In this document: piece by piece, positions 61,857 through 64,000 of the stretch
Position numbering within the stretch: position 1 is the first letter of the stretch
How the letters are laid out: the number at the start of each line of letters is the position of its first letter
DNA from: Balanoglossus misakiensis
Lineage: Eukaryota; Animalia; Hemichordata
DNA length: 64,000 nucleotides
Direction: 5' to 3'
Assembly (NCBI GenBank): GCA_040954595.2
Contig: CM082587.2
Coordinates: 2,199,000 to 2,262,999 of the forward strand
Notes under the pieces: generated by a model
Told to the model about the DNA's origin: nothing
Seen by the model: the letters and a program-made list of their open reading frames with translations, nothing else
Databases searched by the model: none
Made by a program: the position numbers and the translations under genes

Positions 61857-64000
61857 GTGTCTGCATTTATTTACATGTTTTGCTTGGGTGGTGGTCTGTG
61901 GTTTTCAAACTGAAAACTTGTCTGAAGTACATGAGTGGACTAGCTGCGATAGTAATGCTTGCTTGCTCCTATATGTTTACCTTTCCTGGTTGTGTTGACT
62001 CAAGATTAGATTCAAACACAGTTGTGTGGTTTCTTTGGCATTCTGATGACAAATGCTGCTGCTTTTTATGACTTGTACCCATTGAAGTGGACATACTTGT
62101 CTTGAGCACTGGACTGGAAAGTTTCACCTTTTAAGTTTTATTATCGTAATACAGGTCTAGACACTTAAATTGCTCACAAACACAAGACACCTATTGTCTC
62201 CATATTGAACATGACTGTGGTCACATAAACTGTGGCATGCATGATATCTTTTAATTAAGAAGAGATCCTACCACTGGCAACCTTTGTAACTGACACACCT
62301 TGCAAAATGAATAGTTCCAATGGAAAGGAACAGTTTTGTGTGTTCTATACATGATGTAAGTGTCTAACTCGATCAGGCATACATCAGTCTGTTAACACGC
62401 TCACCATGCAGACAATTATAATTTGATTTTATTCATCATATCGTGTGCATACAACCTTCAACAGAAGCCTGTGGCATTGTTTGAACAGAGAAATTCAGCC
62501 ACCCAGCTGTAATCAGCTCACCCAGCAAGTGCTGGTATTAACCCTGGACAATCAGAAAAAATAGCTTCACAAAAGATTCTCTGCACCGAGAGTGGTTGAC
62601 CAGGCATTGTGATTCAAGTCAATTGCCGCGAGGAGTTCTTTTAGTGTTGTGTACATTCAAGTCAACTGCTTCAACTATGCCAGAGAGCAGAGTTCATCTC
62701 GCTGACAATAAATGTTGGAGATTATAAAGGCCAAAAGATCATGTTACTCAACACCAAACTCTCTTTTCCTGTATCACTGGTGTGTCTGATTGCAGGGATT
62801 TCCAGGGCTAAAATGTTTGTGTTGTGGTTTCAACATCATTGATTACGCCCACCCCTTTTGTTCATTTACAGTCTATCCTGTCACGCTTCAGTTGTTTCTT
62901 TTTTTTAAGGGACATTGTTTGTCAAGAAATTCCTAGAAAAAAAAATTGAGGCTCAGAACAGTTTACTCACAGGGAAATTTGATAAATTCAATCTTTCTGA
63001 AAGTTGTATGCTTTGATGCATATTTGAAGTAATAGTATTTGTAGACCTCAGTGCACTGTATTCAACCAGAAATCCACAGAACAGTCCATTTTACCCCCAA
63101 ACAACGCTTACATAACAAATACCGAAGGATTTACATGACATAGATTCAGCACACATTGCAAGATACAACGCATCCATACAGACCTTAATTCCAGACAGGA
63201 CCACAAACATGTCGTACAAATAGATACAGAATGCAGCAAGCCTTCAAGTCACATTATATAAATCCTAAAGCAGCGAAAGACTTGGTGGAATCTTATGCAT
63301 TTATTCCAGAGTTTGCAGATTTAAATTTTGAAGCAATTACTTAAATTGCAAAAACAACTCAACATTCGTTAAAATTACTGTTGGCTCAATTTGTGGAGTG
63401 ATTTTTTCCCCTTCCCTTCTGCCAAGTTAATTTAAATTGCCTCTCCTGTCCTTGGTTGAACCCAGACAGTCTACAAATTTCATCTTTGGAATTTCTCCAG
63501 TAAAGGTTGTTTGTGTAGATAGCCCTGTCCTAGCAAATCACAAGGTTACTATTTGCAAGGCATATTCCTGACATATGGACACCCTGCTTGAAGTACAACC
63601 AGGATGATTTCTAGAGAGGAATGGCCGTGTTCACAAAGGCCATCAATCTTCTAAGAAAGTATATGTCATTGAAGCAAACGGATGTTAGAATGCTGTGTAC
63701 CTTGTAACAGTTCAGACAGTCTGTTCATTAATCTCTAACACAGAATCTTGTGATGTAGCTGTTGTTTTAATGGGCCCCTCCCTTTATCTGACCGTCTTCC
63801 ATTTCCTCGAACAATTACAGTTTCCTGCCAAACTTTTCAGATGTGGCTCTCATATTTCCTGGTTGTTCTGGTTCTTCCTCTCTCTAATTTACTTGATATT
63901 ACAACTATTGTTTTTTCCTACTCATTACAGACTTGGATGAAATTTAATGAGAGGGGAGGGATAATTGAAATAATAAATGGAATCTAATGTTACTTGGAGA

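Overview
Eukaryotic, intron-rich invertebrate DNA. It looks like a marine bilaterian, possibly a hemichordate or echinoderm (inference only). (1) 692-9190 (+): the last 19 coding exons of a hemicentin-1-like gene (5 TSP1 exons, nidogen G2F, cbEGF array, fibulin C-terminal module), with a 3'UTR to about 10.9 kb. (2) Two paralogous minus-strand genes for secreted multi-peptide precursors, at 11426-11989 and 31419-31988. Each has a signal peptide and several basic-site-flanked two-cysteine peptides and ends in Gly-stop. I cannot assign them to a known family. The left copy is one continuous frame broken by a single in-frame TGA. (3) Between them lies a ~17 kb array of ~197 87-bp monomers. It has a 17-monomer higher-order repeat, a left-to-right variant gradient and diverged related monomers at both edges. 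The giant ORFs in the track come from this 29-codon monomer. (4) 41-50 kb: exon-like but stop-ridden minus-strand segments. (5) From 51.1 kb (+): the 5' exons of a gene with an N-terminal SAM domain, probably BCAR3/SH2D3C-like, missed by the ORF track. (6) 60953-61729: a 777-bp foldback element with 372-bp arms, an 8-bp TSD and a central NRF1-type palindrome. The best candidate for an undescribed system is the precursor pair.
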